A DNA stretch of 63,032 nucleotides, filler included, from Gonapodya sp. JEL0774 (taxonomy: Eukaryota): the NCBI GenBank assembly GCA_027604505.1. It is 17 parts of 17 records of this genome, joined end to end, with 100 filler letters (N's around TTAATTAATTAA, not from the genome) between each part and the next. Parts side by side here need not be neighbours in the genome. Positions count along the whole stretch, not along the records: positions 48,304 to 51,911 come from JADIIX010001226.1; positions 52,012 to 55,618 come from JADIIX010001227.1; positions 55,719 to 59,325 come from JADIIX010001228.1; positions 59,426 to 63,032 come from JADIIX010001229.1; 13 more parts are not named here. One strand, 5' to 3'. Positions 51,831-63,032 of the stretch are shown here, one piece after another; the stretch's first letter is position 1, and every line of letters starts with the position of its first letter. The notes under the pieces were generated by a model, which did no database searches, was not told where the DNA came from, and saw nothing but the letters and a program-made list of their open reading frames with translations. The position numbers and the translations under genes were made by a program.

Positions 51831-52011
51831 AGTACCCTATATAGCGGATGTTGGAATTTAACACTAAATTCCGGCTTCCCGGGCTTCCCCCCCCTACAGG
51901 GGAAGCCGAGANNNNNNNNNNNNNNNNNNNNNNNNNNNNNNNNNNNNNNNNNNNNTTAATTAATTAANNNNNNNNNNNNNNNNNNNNNNNNNNNNNNNNN
52001 NNNNNNNNNNN

Positions 52012-53170
52012 GTGCTTACCGGGGATGGCAAAGTAAATATCGATCGAGTTGTGGAAGTACGCGAACGCGACAAACGGAATTCCAAGCAAGTGACTCCAGA
52101 TGAACGTGTTGTATGCGTTTCGTCGCACCCAAGGGAGCGCAGTGATGATGACGATAGCCAGAAAGAACATCGCCGCCCATCCGGTGATGTAGCGGTACCT
52201 CTCCTTGCCCCATGGCGTGTTGGGTGCGAGTGTGAAAAATAGTTGGTAAAGAGGAGTTGAATCCAACGCCTTCCACAGCATGCTGAAGACGGTGTGCAGA
52301 ACGCACGTGGCGGCGATCGTCCAGCCGAGCCATCTGTGCATGCGCACAGTCGCAGTGTATGGAAGGCGCAGGTAGTGGGCGATCACCGAGTTCTTGGAGG
52401 TGGGGATCAAGACGAAGCCAATGACGACAGCGCACATATCACCTGAGAATGCAAGGGTTCGGTGAACAACCTCAAGCACAAGTCCGTACTAGTGGCGAAT
52501 ATCGCACCAGAGATATAAGTCACAGCTTCGTAGAAATAATTGACCCAGGGCTTTTGAGTTCCTCCCTGAGAGGCCGCGCGCTGCATTTTGCTGATCTCGC
52601 CTGCAAGACGGAAGGTGGTTCCATAAATGTTGTTTGAGAACAAGTACTACCAATTGCACATACTGGCCCAGTAGATGTCCTGCAATCAACAATGATTTGG
52701 AAATTTCAGAGGGGTAATTCTCATTCAACTGAAGCGCCAGACCAAACAAGCTGCTTACCCAAACAGAACCCAAGAATATGGGGAAGACAAGTAGAAGTAG
52801 TCCGATAAACCAAGCCATCTCCGCAATTGTGACGGAAGACTCGGAAGCGATGGAGCGTTCTAGAACTCTACGAAGACGTTCCACACGCTAGTGATGGGAT
52901 GATGGATCAGCTCATTTGTTTCGGAAACGCACGAATATTCCCCACCTTTGCCGCCAATGCCACGAATGCTGTGAGGAGCAAGTATCCATAGAAGATGCCA
53001 GCCAAAATGCGGACCGGGGTTCTATGGACGCCCTTGCCTTCCAGACACTCATCCGAAAAACACCAGGACTTGTTCTCGAACAGGACCATGATGAAAGCCA
53101 ACGAGGTGGGGAAGATAAGAATCGAGAGACCCCAGAGGGTGAAGAGAGCGAGATTCTCCGAGAGTTGCAT
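52012..53170 (-). CDS. Ferric reductase paralog A, 5' part
   Basis: GDMC...PTSKNS, MHRWLGW, VLH, ITGW and FIWSHLL...YFH. Confidence 0.88.
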
Positions 53171-54377
53171 GGTGGCACTGGCGGTATGATGGAGATTCGA
53201 TGGAGAACAGCACGATTTGGCGATCAATGGATGGAAACTAGATGTGAACTTGGAATAATTGGAGATGATGGGACCATTTATGTAGGTTTCATATCCGGGA
53301 AACGGAGATCCAGGGATGAGATGCCCGAGATCCAGGGACATGGGAGGGCGGAGGGGGCGTACCTACCATATCCCGCCATCGATCACGAGGAGCGCTAACG
53401 ATTGGTTGAGTGCGGAAGGCTTGTTATGGAAAGTCAGCAAAGCTAAATTTGAACTCCGAGCAAACTCCGGTAGGGTCCACCTTTAGTTTCGCTCGATTCT
53501 AATCACCAAAGACGACGAGTGGGTTACACTTTGGGCGTATGTAGTAATTACTGCGCGTTCTCTTCAAACTGCCGTGTTTACGAGTACAGTCAGCGGGCAC
53601 GCAAGAATGGATAGCAACGATTTTACTCACAAAGAAAGGGTCTTTCACTTCGTGACCGCCTGGTGGCTACGATAAATACCTCACACAAGTGGAGTGAATA
53701 TAGGTACCGCTACAAAATCTCCGTCTTTGTCCGCACAAATTTTGTATGTAACTGGATTACAGCAGTGAAATGCGATGGTCGAGATGGGCTAGATGATCTC
53801 CGTGTGTGTTTGGTTTGCTTCTTGATCTCGTACTTATCTCGTCCCGCGTTGGGCTTGCACAAATCCATTGATGTACTAAGTGATCTCTGCTGAAAAATTG
53901 AGCTTAGAAGACGCGTTTGATGGTTTACAACAAGTAATACAATCTCATTATCGGGTTTTGCAGTCTGTCTTCATTGTTTAAAGACAGATGTACTAGGAGA
54001 GGAAGAACCAACCTGTCGCTAGTGATCTATAAGCAACTTTGTGAAGGGCGTGTTGTCCCGTTGACTGTACGCCGGTGGGTCCGGGTCCGGGGGAAGACAC
54101 GCGATATGCTCCACCTGCAAACACGCCTCGGACAATCACAAGCAAATGTTTGACAAAATGAACACCAGCAATCATATAGAGATTCTGTGAGCGGAGAACC
54201 ACATCTTAACAGAGAAAGATATTATCTTCAAAGATATTACATAAACCGTGTTACAGATGGGAAGTAAAGCGTGATTGTTAAGATTATAGTGCCTGATTCC
54301 ATTAGCCCAGATTCGAGGGAGCTTGAACAACATCAGCGGCGCAACAATGCACCGCACTACACCATCTCTCCCCGCCA

Positions 54378-55618
54378 TTAGATTTCGAAAGACTCAACGT
54401 GAGTTGTAAACCTTACCGACTTCTCCTGTTCCACCAACCGCAAATCCTCCACGACTTGCTTCGCGAAACCGCCGGGTCCACAAACAAAGACGGCGACTCT
54501 GGGAGCACCTCCAGCCTCTGCCCACGAGACAGCCGAGTCAACCACACGGTGCATGATAAAGCGAGCATTGATGCGCCCACGGCGCAAAACTCCGGCGGCG
54601 GGGTCGTCCATGCGCTCAATGGCCGTGTCGTGAATGGTAATGGAGACGGGCGAGTCCTTCTCCAACCAGTGCGAGACGGCGGTGAGGTTTTCGGCACCGG
54701 CGTGGCTCGTGGACCAGACGAGGTTGATCTTGCCCCGCGCCGAGGTGAGAGAGCCGTCGCTTGAGAAGCGTTCGAGGAGATGCTCGATGCCGGAAATGGC
54801 AGGGGAAATGCCGGATCCTCCGACGATGAAAACGTAAGCATCGTGTCGGCGATCTTCGGTGACAAAGAGAATTGGGTTACCAAAGGGACCCTGTAGAGCG
54901 ACTGGAAGGCAGATTCGGAATATCAAGCGTTAGTAATCTGAAAACCACCCGCCGGCACAACTCTAAAAGTGCTTACCCTGCGTGCTCGGTCCGCTCTTGG
55001 TGGCCTCCATGATACCAAACACCTGTTGAGTCCACTGAGTCTGGCGCTTCACCGGCCCCACAAGGAACTTGACGGTTCCTGAGGTGGAGCTCGCAACACT
55101 CCAAGGGTGCGCTTCCCAACGAGAAGCTGCCGGCACGATGACACGCATAAACTGGCCGGGCAGAACGGGCTTGGTGCAAGGTACAGTTACGAGCTTGTAC
55201 CCGGACTCCTCGTGGGAAACCGAAGTGATGGGGACAAGGGTGAACCATGCACCGAAGCGTTGTGCGAGATCAATGGCGTAAAGGAGCATGCCTAAAGAGT
55301 CGGTTTTTTGTCAAACACGAAGCACGGTGGTTATTGTGAGCGCAGTGACGTACCAGGAATGGCAAAGTAAATGTTGATTGAGTTGTGGAAGTAGGAAAAG
55401 GCCATGAAAGGCACCCCAAGCAAGTGGCTCCAAATGAAGGCGTTGTAGAAGTTCCTTCGCACCCATGGCTGCGCCATCAGAATGATGATCGCCAAGAAGA
55501 GCATTGCTGGCCAACTCAAAAGGTAGCGGTACTTCTCTTTGCCCCAAGGGGTGTTGGCGGGAAGAGTGAAGAAGAGCTGGTAGAGGGGGACAGAATCGAT
55601 AGACTTCCACATCATGGA
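54378..55618 (-). CDS. Ferric reductase paralog B, 3' part
   Basis: FIWSHLL..YFH, PGQF, EAHPWSVAS, QGPFG, GGSGISP and VFVCGPGGF...ESFEI. Confidence 0.9.
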
Positions 55619-58458
55619 NNNNNNNNNNNNNNNNNNNNNNNNNNNNNNNNNNNNNNNNNNNNTTAATTAATTAANNNNNNNNNNNNNNNNNNNNNNNNNN
55701 NNNNNNNNNNNNNNNNNNCCCCTTGACGAATCCTTGTACTGCTGCCGCGGTTGCAGTCGGCTTCATCTTGAGGAGAACTGGATTCGCGTACAATCGGGTA
55801 TGTCAAGATGTATTTTGGAGTGGAGCTCAAGTTTGACTTTCGACTCAGACGCGTACCGATGTGGGTGACAGTCATGGTTCCGTGTTCAAAATGATCTGCG
55901 ATGGCTTTGGCAGATTGGAACGGACGGATCATGACCACAGCGTCCCCGTGGTGCGAACACTTTTGACTTTCCTCGTTCGTTAGAGGCTCGCGGACTTTGA
56001 TAGAACTGAAAGGAATTCTCATAGTTATTCCTTCAGAGCTGAGCCTTCGTTCTGGATGTGGTGTTATGGATATGAAATTCGAGCTGGAATGCGGTGACAT
56101 GCAGGACGACCGCTCTGGTCAATAATCAACGACAATGAAAACAATAATGACTATTAGGATAGAACCGGGAAGAATACAGGACAACAATGACGGGTGACAC
56201 GGTTTGCAGTACCACCCAAACCAGATGAAAACCAGGTACACTATAAGACGGAGCACTTTGTCCATATCCGGAACAAGAAAACCCGTCCGAAACGAGAAAC
56301 CTGTTCATTCTGCGCCTATCCCACCATGCTGTTGCACATCTCCACCAATTCGCAGCATTTGGCACCAGGACTCTGACGACCACGTGTCCCGCAGTATTTA
56401 CGAGGAACTCCTCCGCCCAAAAATCAGACTCAATGTACTTGGGATCTTTTGGAAAAACCCTGACTGTAAGCTTCGATCGCTTTGGTGAAAGATGCGGGAC
56501 CTCGATGTTGAAGATGCCCAGGAGCATCAGGAGGATCCGACCACGTGTGATGGCAAGCGCCGATTTGCATATGACACGACTGTTGAATTTGGCTCGACGG
56601 TTGGCGGGACTTCCGACCTTGGCGACGTGCCAGTCCATTTTGTCCATATTCGCCTCGACATCCTCAGTCACAAAGAGGATTGTCTCCGCCTCGAGCACAG
56701 TGCGAGTCGCAGGAGGAATTTTTTAGCTACGATGTTCCGAATGGGAGAAAAGGAGTTTTCAGGTGCTGATGGTCAGATCAAAGTCTCGACTGTGTCGGGC
56801 GATCAAACCAAGAAGAACGAAACCGCACCTCATAGCAGCACCCATCGTGATGGAAGTCCAAGTGAGAACTGACTCTCGAGATAGCTTTGAAGAAATTCTG
56901 CGAGTTTTTTGGGGCAGCTGACGGGATTTTACATTTGTGATCACGGTTTTGCGCTCCAATATATCGGAAATAAAAAAGTTCTACGTTATCCCGAGAGTGG
57001 CTGGCACTCCCCATGCCTCACTCGCCGCTTCGTATACCGCGCAGAAAACGCCCGCTGTATGTTGCAATAAGCCACATTAATCTCCATCGGAAAATATGAC
57101 ATGTGTTCCACTAGGATACGTCTTCTCGAAATGCTGTTAATGTTGAGCCCAATGAATCATGCTGTCATCCCACAGTGGCAGAACAATCGATTTGAGTAAT
57201 GAGAGCCTCCAACAACTCAATCACAGAGAGACAAAAGATGGATGAGATAGCGTCGCAGGTGTGCCGTCGAGTGTACGAACAACAATTGATAAACCAAAAT
57301 TCGTATCTTGAAAGATCAATAATAAGTGTCGATCCAGCACCGAGTAGGGCGCAGGAATTGTCTCCCTAAACCGTTAATGATGCTGAATGAGAGTTTCGTG
57401 TTCGTACTCTATGACAAGCGGATCAAGTAGCTGTACACATTTTTGTAGTAGGCATTCGAAGAAGTCCCTTCATCGCCGAGAATTGTCTTACATGCAGTGA
57501 CCAAGAATTGGAGCACTGTAACGTGATTGGCGTTGCCGCACTCCAAACTGCTAAAACAAGGAACAAAGATGTGGTTGGAGTAAGGTGCGTCTACGATGTC
57601 TCTGACCCACTGCTCAGGACGCTGCTTCGAGTGGTTGGGGTTGAGTTTGCTGCGGTAACGAACAAGACTGATACATACATGTGCCAAAGATAGTTGATGA
57701 CACCCTCTGTATTCGCAAGACAGAAATCATTGCATGGTCAAATGCAGGGTTGTATGTACTGTACAAAAACAATGATCGCGATGACTCAAGCGAATGAGAT
57801 AGTCGAGAAATGGTGCAGAGCGCCTCCTCGGGTTATCGGGTATGACGTCAGCCTATGGAAATGAAGAAATGCAGAAATCGCGCTGCATCAAATCATGTTA
57901 GCTTGCAACTTCGGTACTCCAGATAGATGACACTCGCTGTACATTAGACAAAAACCAGCCCAATGTCGCGTGTGTTGGGGAGGGGAGGAGGGTCGGACTG
58001 GTGCTGCTCAGAGAAAACAATTGGACACTCTCATGTGCAATTCAAAGCTTTGGTATGAACATGCATCACCAAAAATGGCAGCGACGTGAAATTTCCGCCA
58101 AAAAATCCTATAAATTATTATTGTGTGAGCGAGCTGCCTCTCGTTCCTCCGCGTTCAACGAGTCAGTTGGTTCGAGGATCTTGGGCTTCCACCGATGAAC
58201 GATCAAGTTCCGAACGTTGTTGTAACAATCAAGGTTCCGTAAAATTGATGCAGAGCGTCATGAACGGTCATTCAGGTAGATCGAAATAGTGAGCGGCTTT
58301 CAGAGCCCCACATAGTTTATCAATATCAAAATTTGCGACACAGCATTGTCACAGCTCAACAGTCCATGTTAGTGAGGCGCAATCAGGAAATGAAACATAG
58401 TGCAAAGCATTAGCTGCACCAAAAGTACGTAGGCATGATCATGGATCTTATGGAAAGG

Positions 58459-58950
58459 TGACGTCAGACACGTGCTTTGTCCCAGACACGATATCCTTCG
58501 TCCAAACACGTTTGTGCGACATCAAATCTACTTTCAAATCCATCAGGTTTGAGCATAAACTGGTTATTGCGATGGTTTCTGCACAATGTACGCTTCAAAA
58601 AAGTAATCAAGGCATGAGACTGTGGTGATCCGGTAACATCACAACGGGATTATCCCCAGCTCGACGGGGAAAAACTAAAAAATCTTTGTACTTAAAATTC
58701 TTTGCAACGAATTCACTTGATAAGATCATTGGGCGGAGAGACATTGGAGAATATGACGTCAGACTTCACGTCGTTGTCCTGGACGTGATATCATTCGTCC
58801 AAAAAACATCTGCGCAGCACCACTTCCGCCTTTGAAGTGTGGCTAGCGTTATGCTGTGGTTGTCCCACCATTCAATTGTACGCTTTCAAAACTGATGACG
58901 TGTACTAGTGATGGAAGTCGAGTACTACCGGGCGGTCTCACAATGATCCA
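58459..58950. repeat. Two diverged ~295-bp direct repeats, each starting TGACGTCAGAC
   Basis: Shared blocks TGACGTCAGAC, GATATC.TTCGTCCAAA and TGTACGCTT at a constant offset (58459 and 58754). Confidence 0.6.
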
Positions 58951-60473
58951 ACCACAGTAAAACAATCAGCACACACCAAATAATGTGAGCATTGTGCGGA
59001 GGGTCATGATTGAATGACATAGAGTGAACGACATGAGGAAGATGTGAGACTTCAGCCCACTTGATCGATGCACACTACGTCTCTCCGAAATCATGTAATA
59101 ATTCCCCTCTGCAAAAAAAATACAATGCTTTGTGTGCACTGCCAAGAGTTCATTGGTAAAACACAGGACGATTGGGAATTTAGAGTCAGCTTGTCCATCC
59201 GTTTGCAGCTGGCGCCGGCGCCGCCAGGCCTCGTTTCCCATTTAATTTTGATGCTTGCATTCGTCACTACCAGGCAAAAGATAACAGAATATCCATTTGG
59301 ATTTTGCACGTAAGCACTGTTTTATNNNNNNNNNNNNNNNNNNNNNNNNNNNNNNNNNNNNNNNNNNNNTTAATTAATTAANNNNNNNNNNNNNNNNNNN
59401 NNNNNNNNNNNNNNNNNNNNNNNNNATTGAGCGTCGATTGCTTCGTTCGGTGTGGGACAAAGTGGTTGATGCAGAAGGTCATAATCGAGAGAAGAAGATT
59501 GAGAATGACACACCATACTTGCCATCCCCCGACTCCACAGCAAATGAGCTCATCTTTCGCGTCCTCGTGTTTCACCCTCCTTCATCAATCCTCCCCCGTC
59601 CCCAATGATCGTCATGATCCACGGCACTCACAACTTTCCATCTATCCGCCACCGATCGACATCACCATTTTCCAGACCGGGAAATAGCTTTTTTCATTCG
59701 CTGCAGTACTGTGCCGACCAGTGAAATGCATTGGTGGAGTGTAAAACACGTAAGCGGGGAGGGATTGGACGACGAAAGTCCCATGGGCCAGGGAAGACGA
59801 GGAAGGAACGAGAAGGCTGGAGATGATAGATGCGTGTGAGAGGACCAAGAAAGCCGAGTGCGACGGCGCGGTTCGAATACGGGTTGGGGAGAGGATCGGG
59901 TCCGGACGTTTGATGTACACACCGACACCGACACAACACGATTCTACAGAATTTTCGTCTCGTCGGGTAAGAGAGAAGAAAGATCTTGAGGGACATACAT
60001 TTGTACAGCTTACTCAAACTTTTACTTTTACCACAAATACAGTCGACAAAAATAATGTCTCGAACTCGTAATGACACTACCAAGCACACAACTGTGAAAC
60101 AAAGAAACGTAGAAAGCTCTTCTGCAAACTAACATATCACAATTCCGTCTCTCCCAGTGTCCCACCGTTCGGCTTCCCTGCCCCACTCCTGCCACCCCTC
60201 CTGCTCCAAGCACCTCTGCCTCGGTTCCCCTCCTCCCACTTCGACTCCCCGTTTCCATGCCCGCAGCCCCTCCACCAAACCTCCCCACCCTGTCACCTCC
60301 TCCCTCCCTATACGCACCACCCCTCGACTCCACACCCCGCGTGTGCCACATGCCTGAACGTGGTGGCGACGGTCCGGTGGGGTAGCTTGAACGTTGAGGC
60401 GGGCCAGCGACATCACCACAGTACTGGGGGGACTTTGGTGCCTAGTGGTGGGGTGGGGACTCGGCGGTAGGGG

Positions 60474-61947
60474 TTAGGGGGGGGGAGGTGCAGGGCGGAG
60501 GTTGAGGCGGGAGTCGTGGCGGTGTGTGACGGAGGGTGGGTTAGGTTGGGATTGGGAGGGGACAGGGTGGCTGCGGGTGTCACTGACGCATGCCATAGGG
60601 AACACGCCAGAAGCGCTGGTACGGGTGTTGAGGCCCTGAGTGCAAGGTGTGACAAAGGTAGTTGGATGATAGTTAGGAATGCATTACATTGCCATGTAAA
60701 AGGAAGGGACGAAACAGCAAAACGCGCTTACTCACAGAGCCCCACCCATCCGCAAACTCCAGATTCACATAAATCTCATCGCCTACGGCGAGATCCAGTT
60801 CATCGACTTCTTGAGCATTGAAGTCAGCAATAGCGTGCATGAGCTTCTTGACTGTGCGGGGTGGTTGGGGTTCACGAGGTGGGGGAGCAGGTCGGAGAGT
60901 GACAAGCTGGTTGTGGAGGGCTCCAACTTCCCATTCCAAAGCTGCATTTTTGGTGGAAAGGGTGCGAATCTCTGTTGAGAGAGTGCGGTTTTCTGTGGAG
61001 AGGGTGCGGACTTCTGCCTGGAGGTCCTGCATTCCTGCTTCCAGAGTTGCATTCCTTGCTTGAATGTCCACGATCCTCCTCTGCAATTCCTCTGCCGTAC
61101 TTTCAGATTTTGCCGTCCTCACAGAAAGCTCCTCATTGCGCGCCTTGAGCCTATCCACCTCAGCCTGCAGCTCCTGATTCACCCTATCCTTGTTGGCAAG
61201 GAGGGATAGAAGGGCTTCAGTGGGATGAGACGATGAGGAAGGTGTAGTGGTAGGTGGGGAAGAAGTTTGGGGGCGGGGTGCGACTGGAGTGGGAGGGTTA
61301 GATTGATGGTCTTGGAGGACTTGAACGAATTGAGTATCACGCTGTTCGCCAGCAGCATCCAGATCTCTCTGGGTGACCACAGCCCCGTGAGAGAGTAGGA
61401 GTCTGACGATGGGGAGGGAAGGACGCAGACTGAACAAGATGAAGGCGTCCTGATAAATCTTGGGGTCCTTCAACTGGATGTTTCCCCCTTTGAGACTGAT
61501 GGAGAGTTTGTTGTCAGAGTCAGGAGCATCCGTGCTGCCGTCAAACCGCGTCAACTTCCCCCCCTTCGCCACCGCCAGCGTCAGGGGAGAAGGGAACAAA
61601 TAGGTTCCAAGCCAACGCCTCCTGTTCCATCTGTCCGCAGTCCACGATGACCCGTTGTCTGCGAGTTTCCACCCGTAGTCTGCGAGAGTCCATTCACACA
61701 CCCCGTTCGCATCGGCGCCTCCCTCGAGTAGCGCCTTCACAACGTCCTCATTCGCATGCAAGATCCCTAACGCTAACACCGACTCGCAGTCCACAGAATC
61801 TGTTTTCCTCCGCGATCCGATCTTGCAGCTCAAAGTGACCTGCTTCCTGGCGTTCGGGTTTGCCCCTTCCGATAGAAGCTGCCGGACCCGCTGCGCCTGG
61901 TCGTTTTCCACGGCCTCGATCAGTTGGATGTCGCGAGGTGTAGACAT
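60474..61947 (-). CDS. Ankyrin-repeat, coiled-coil and C-terminal SH3 protein (2 exons)
   Basis: LLSEGANPN and ALLEGGADAN; heptad repeats (LSTENRTLSTEIRTLSTKN); AIADFNAQEVDELDL..GD...DGWGS|GLNTRTSASGVFP. Confidence 0.85.
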
Positions 61948-63032
61948 GGCGGTTCTCGGTTGGATTGTCGTGACGTTCTGCTGTGTTTGCGTTTCGGGTT
62001 TATGTAGGCTGTGACCAGCTCCGCCAACCAGTTCTGCCGGCTTTCCAAACACTGACAGGAGCAAGGGTGGGCCTGTAAATTCATGAGGCATTCTCTATAT
62101 TGTATTGCGTATATAACATAAATTGGTCCGCTATCAGGCTCCCTCGGTTGGTTCCACTCCAAACGCACTTCCCTTTTCGTCCCCGTCTGCCCCGCCTCCA
62201 ACACGCTGTATCCCCCGCGGACCGCACAACGCAGAACATGCCAATTTCCGTCTTTACCAGCCTTCCGCCCTCCCCTCCACCCCCCCTCGGCCCCCCCTTC
62301 AGCCTCCCCCTGGCTCCTCCCCTTTTGCCCCAACCCACACCCCCCTCAGTTGCGGCCACCACTCAAACGGCTCCTCAAACCCCCCTCGCGCCCCCCCTCC
62401 GCCCCATCCTCGGTGCCCCCTCGCTCCCCCCCATCCCGTCCTCGACCACCCGCTCTCCCCTCCATCCCCAGCCTCCGTTTCAAATATCCGAGGTTCAGTT
62501 CTTGCCACGAGCCCCCCCCGCTCCTGCTCCGACATGTCCCGCCCCATATAATACCGCTAGTGATGAGTTATGGACGTGCTCCTTGACCATTTCGGCACAA
62601 CAGCCAGCAACTCACCTCCATTGATGGGACCTTCCTTTTCGCCAACCACAGTGTTGTTCTTCCCTGAGGTCCCCGTCACAGGTACCCCCTGGTGGTTTCC
62701 CTTTGCCTTCCCGATCTCAATCTGGCCCGCGCCACTCCGCTCCCCGCCATGCTTCCCCGCCTCCATGGCTCGCAACGCGCCGATGCTGTCCAATCCGGTG
62801 GGTATAGTTTCGAGAGAAGAGTTGGCGGCGGGGTCGCGGTCGAGGTCCGAGTCGGCATGATTGTGGGGAGAGGGGTCGCGGCCAGCGGTGTCGGGATAGG
62901 TGGTCGTGGTGGTGGAGGTGGTGGGATGAACAACCCCCGGTGTGGGCGGGGGGGCGAGGTGGAAACGGAGGCAGACGACATCCTGACCGATCCAGGCGAC
63001 CCCTTCCCCACCACAGACCCCGTCCCACTCCC

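Noticed and set aside
55719..56700. Minus-strand ORFs with a weak HSP20-like FEHGTMTVT
   Set aside because: A single short motif is not enough to assign a family.
62200..62540. C-rich tracts (G-quadruplex potential on the minus strand) upstream of the ankyrin-SH3 gene
   Set aside because: Low-complexity sequence with no further evidence of function.

Overview
This window is not one locus. It is 17 unrelated contigs of about 3.6 kb, sorted by decreasing length (3624 to 3607 nt) and joined by 100-nt N/TTAATTAATTAA/N spacers. They come from an intron-rich eukaryote. The gene content (Crinkler domains, a PTEN-type formin, F-box/ankyrin and ankyrin-SH3 families, short GT-AG introns) suggests a zoosporic or other early-diverging fungus; this is an inference. 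Recognisable genes are GAA1, an O-fucosyltransferase-like gene, three ferric reductases, an ACC-synthase-like aminotransferase, several F-box proteins, IBA57/CAF17, a cyclin fragment, an MFSD6-like transporter, DUF1764, mannose-1-P guanylyltransferase, a Baeyer-Villiger-type monooxygenase and an ankyrin-coiled-coil-SH3 protein. The most notable items are: (1) an apparently intact PIF/Harbinger transposon with perfect 55-bp TIRs filling one contig; (2) a PTEN-C2-UBA-like-polyproline protein resembling plant class II formins; (3) a polyproline protein with two WH2 motifs split by identically placed introns; (4) an intronless, frameshifted F-box plus 2OG/Fe-dioxygenase-like gene; (5) decayed Crinkler/REase effector genes; (6) two same-strand genes only 52 bp apart; (7) a CpG-depleted orphan gene next to a ~150/300-bp periodic repeat. 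All assignments come from reading motifs by eye; no database searches were run.
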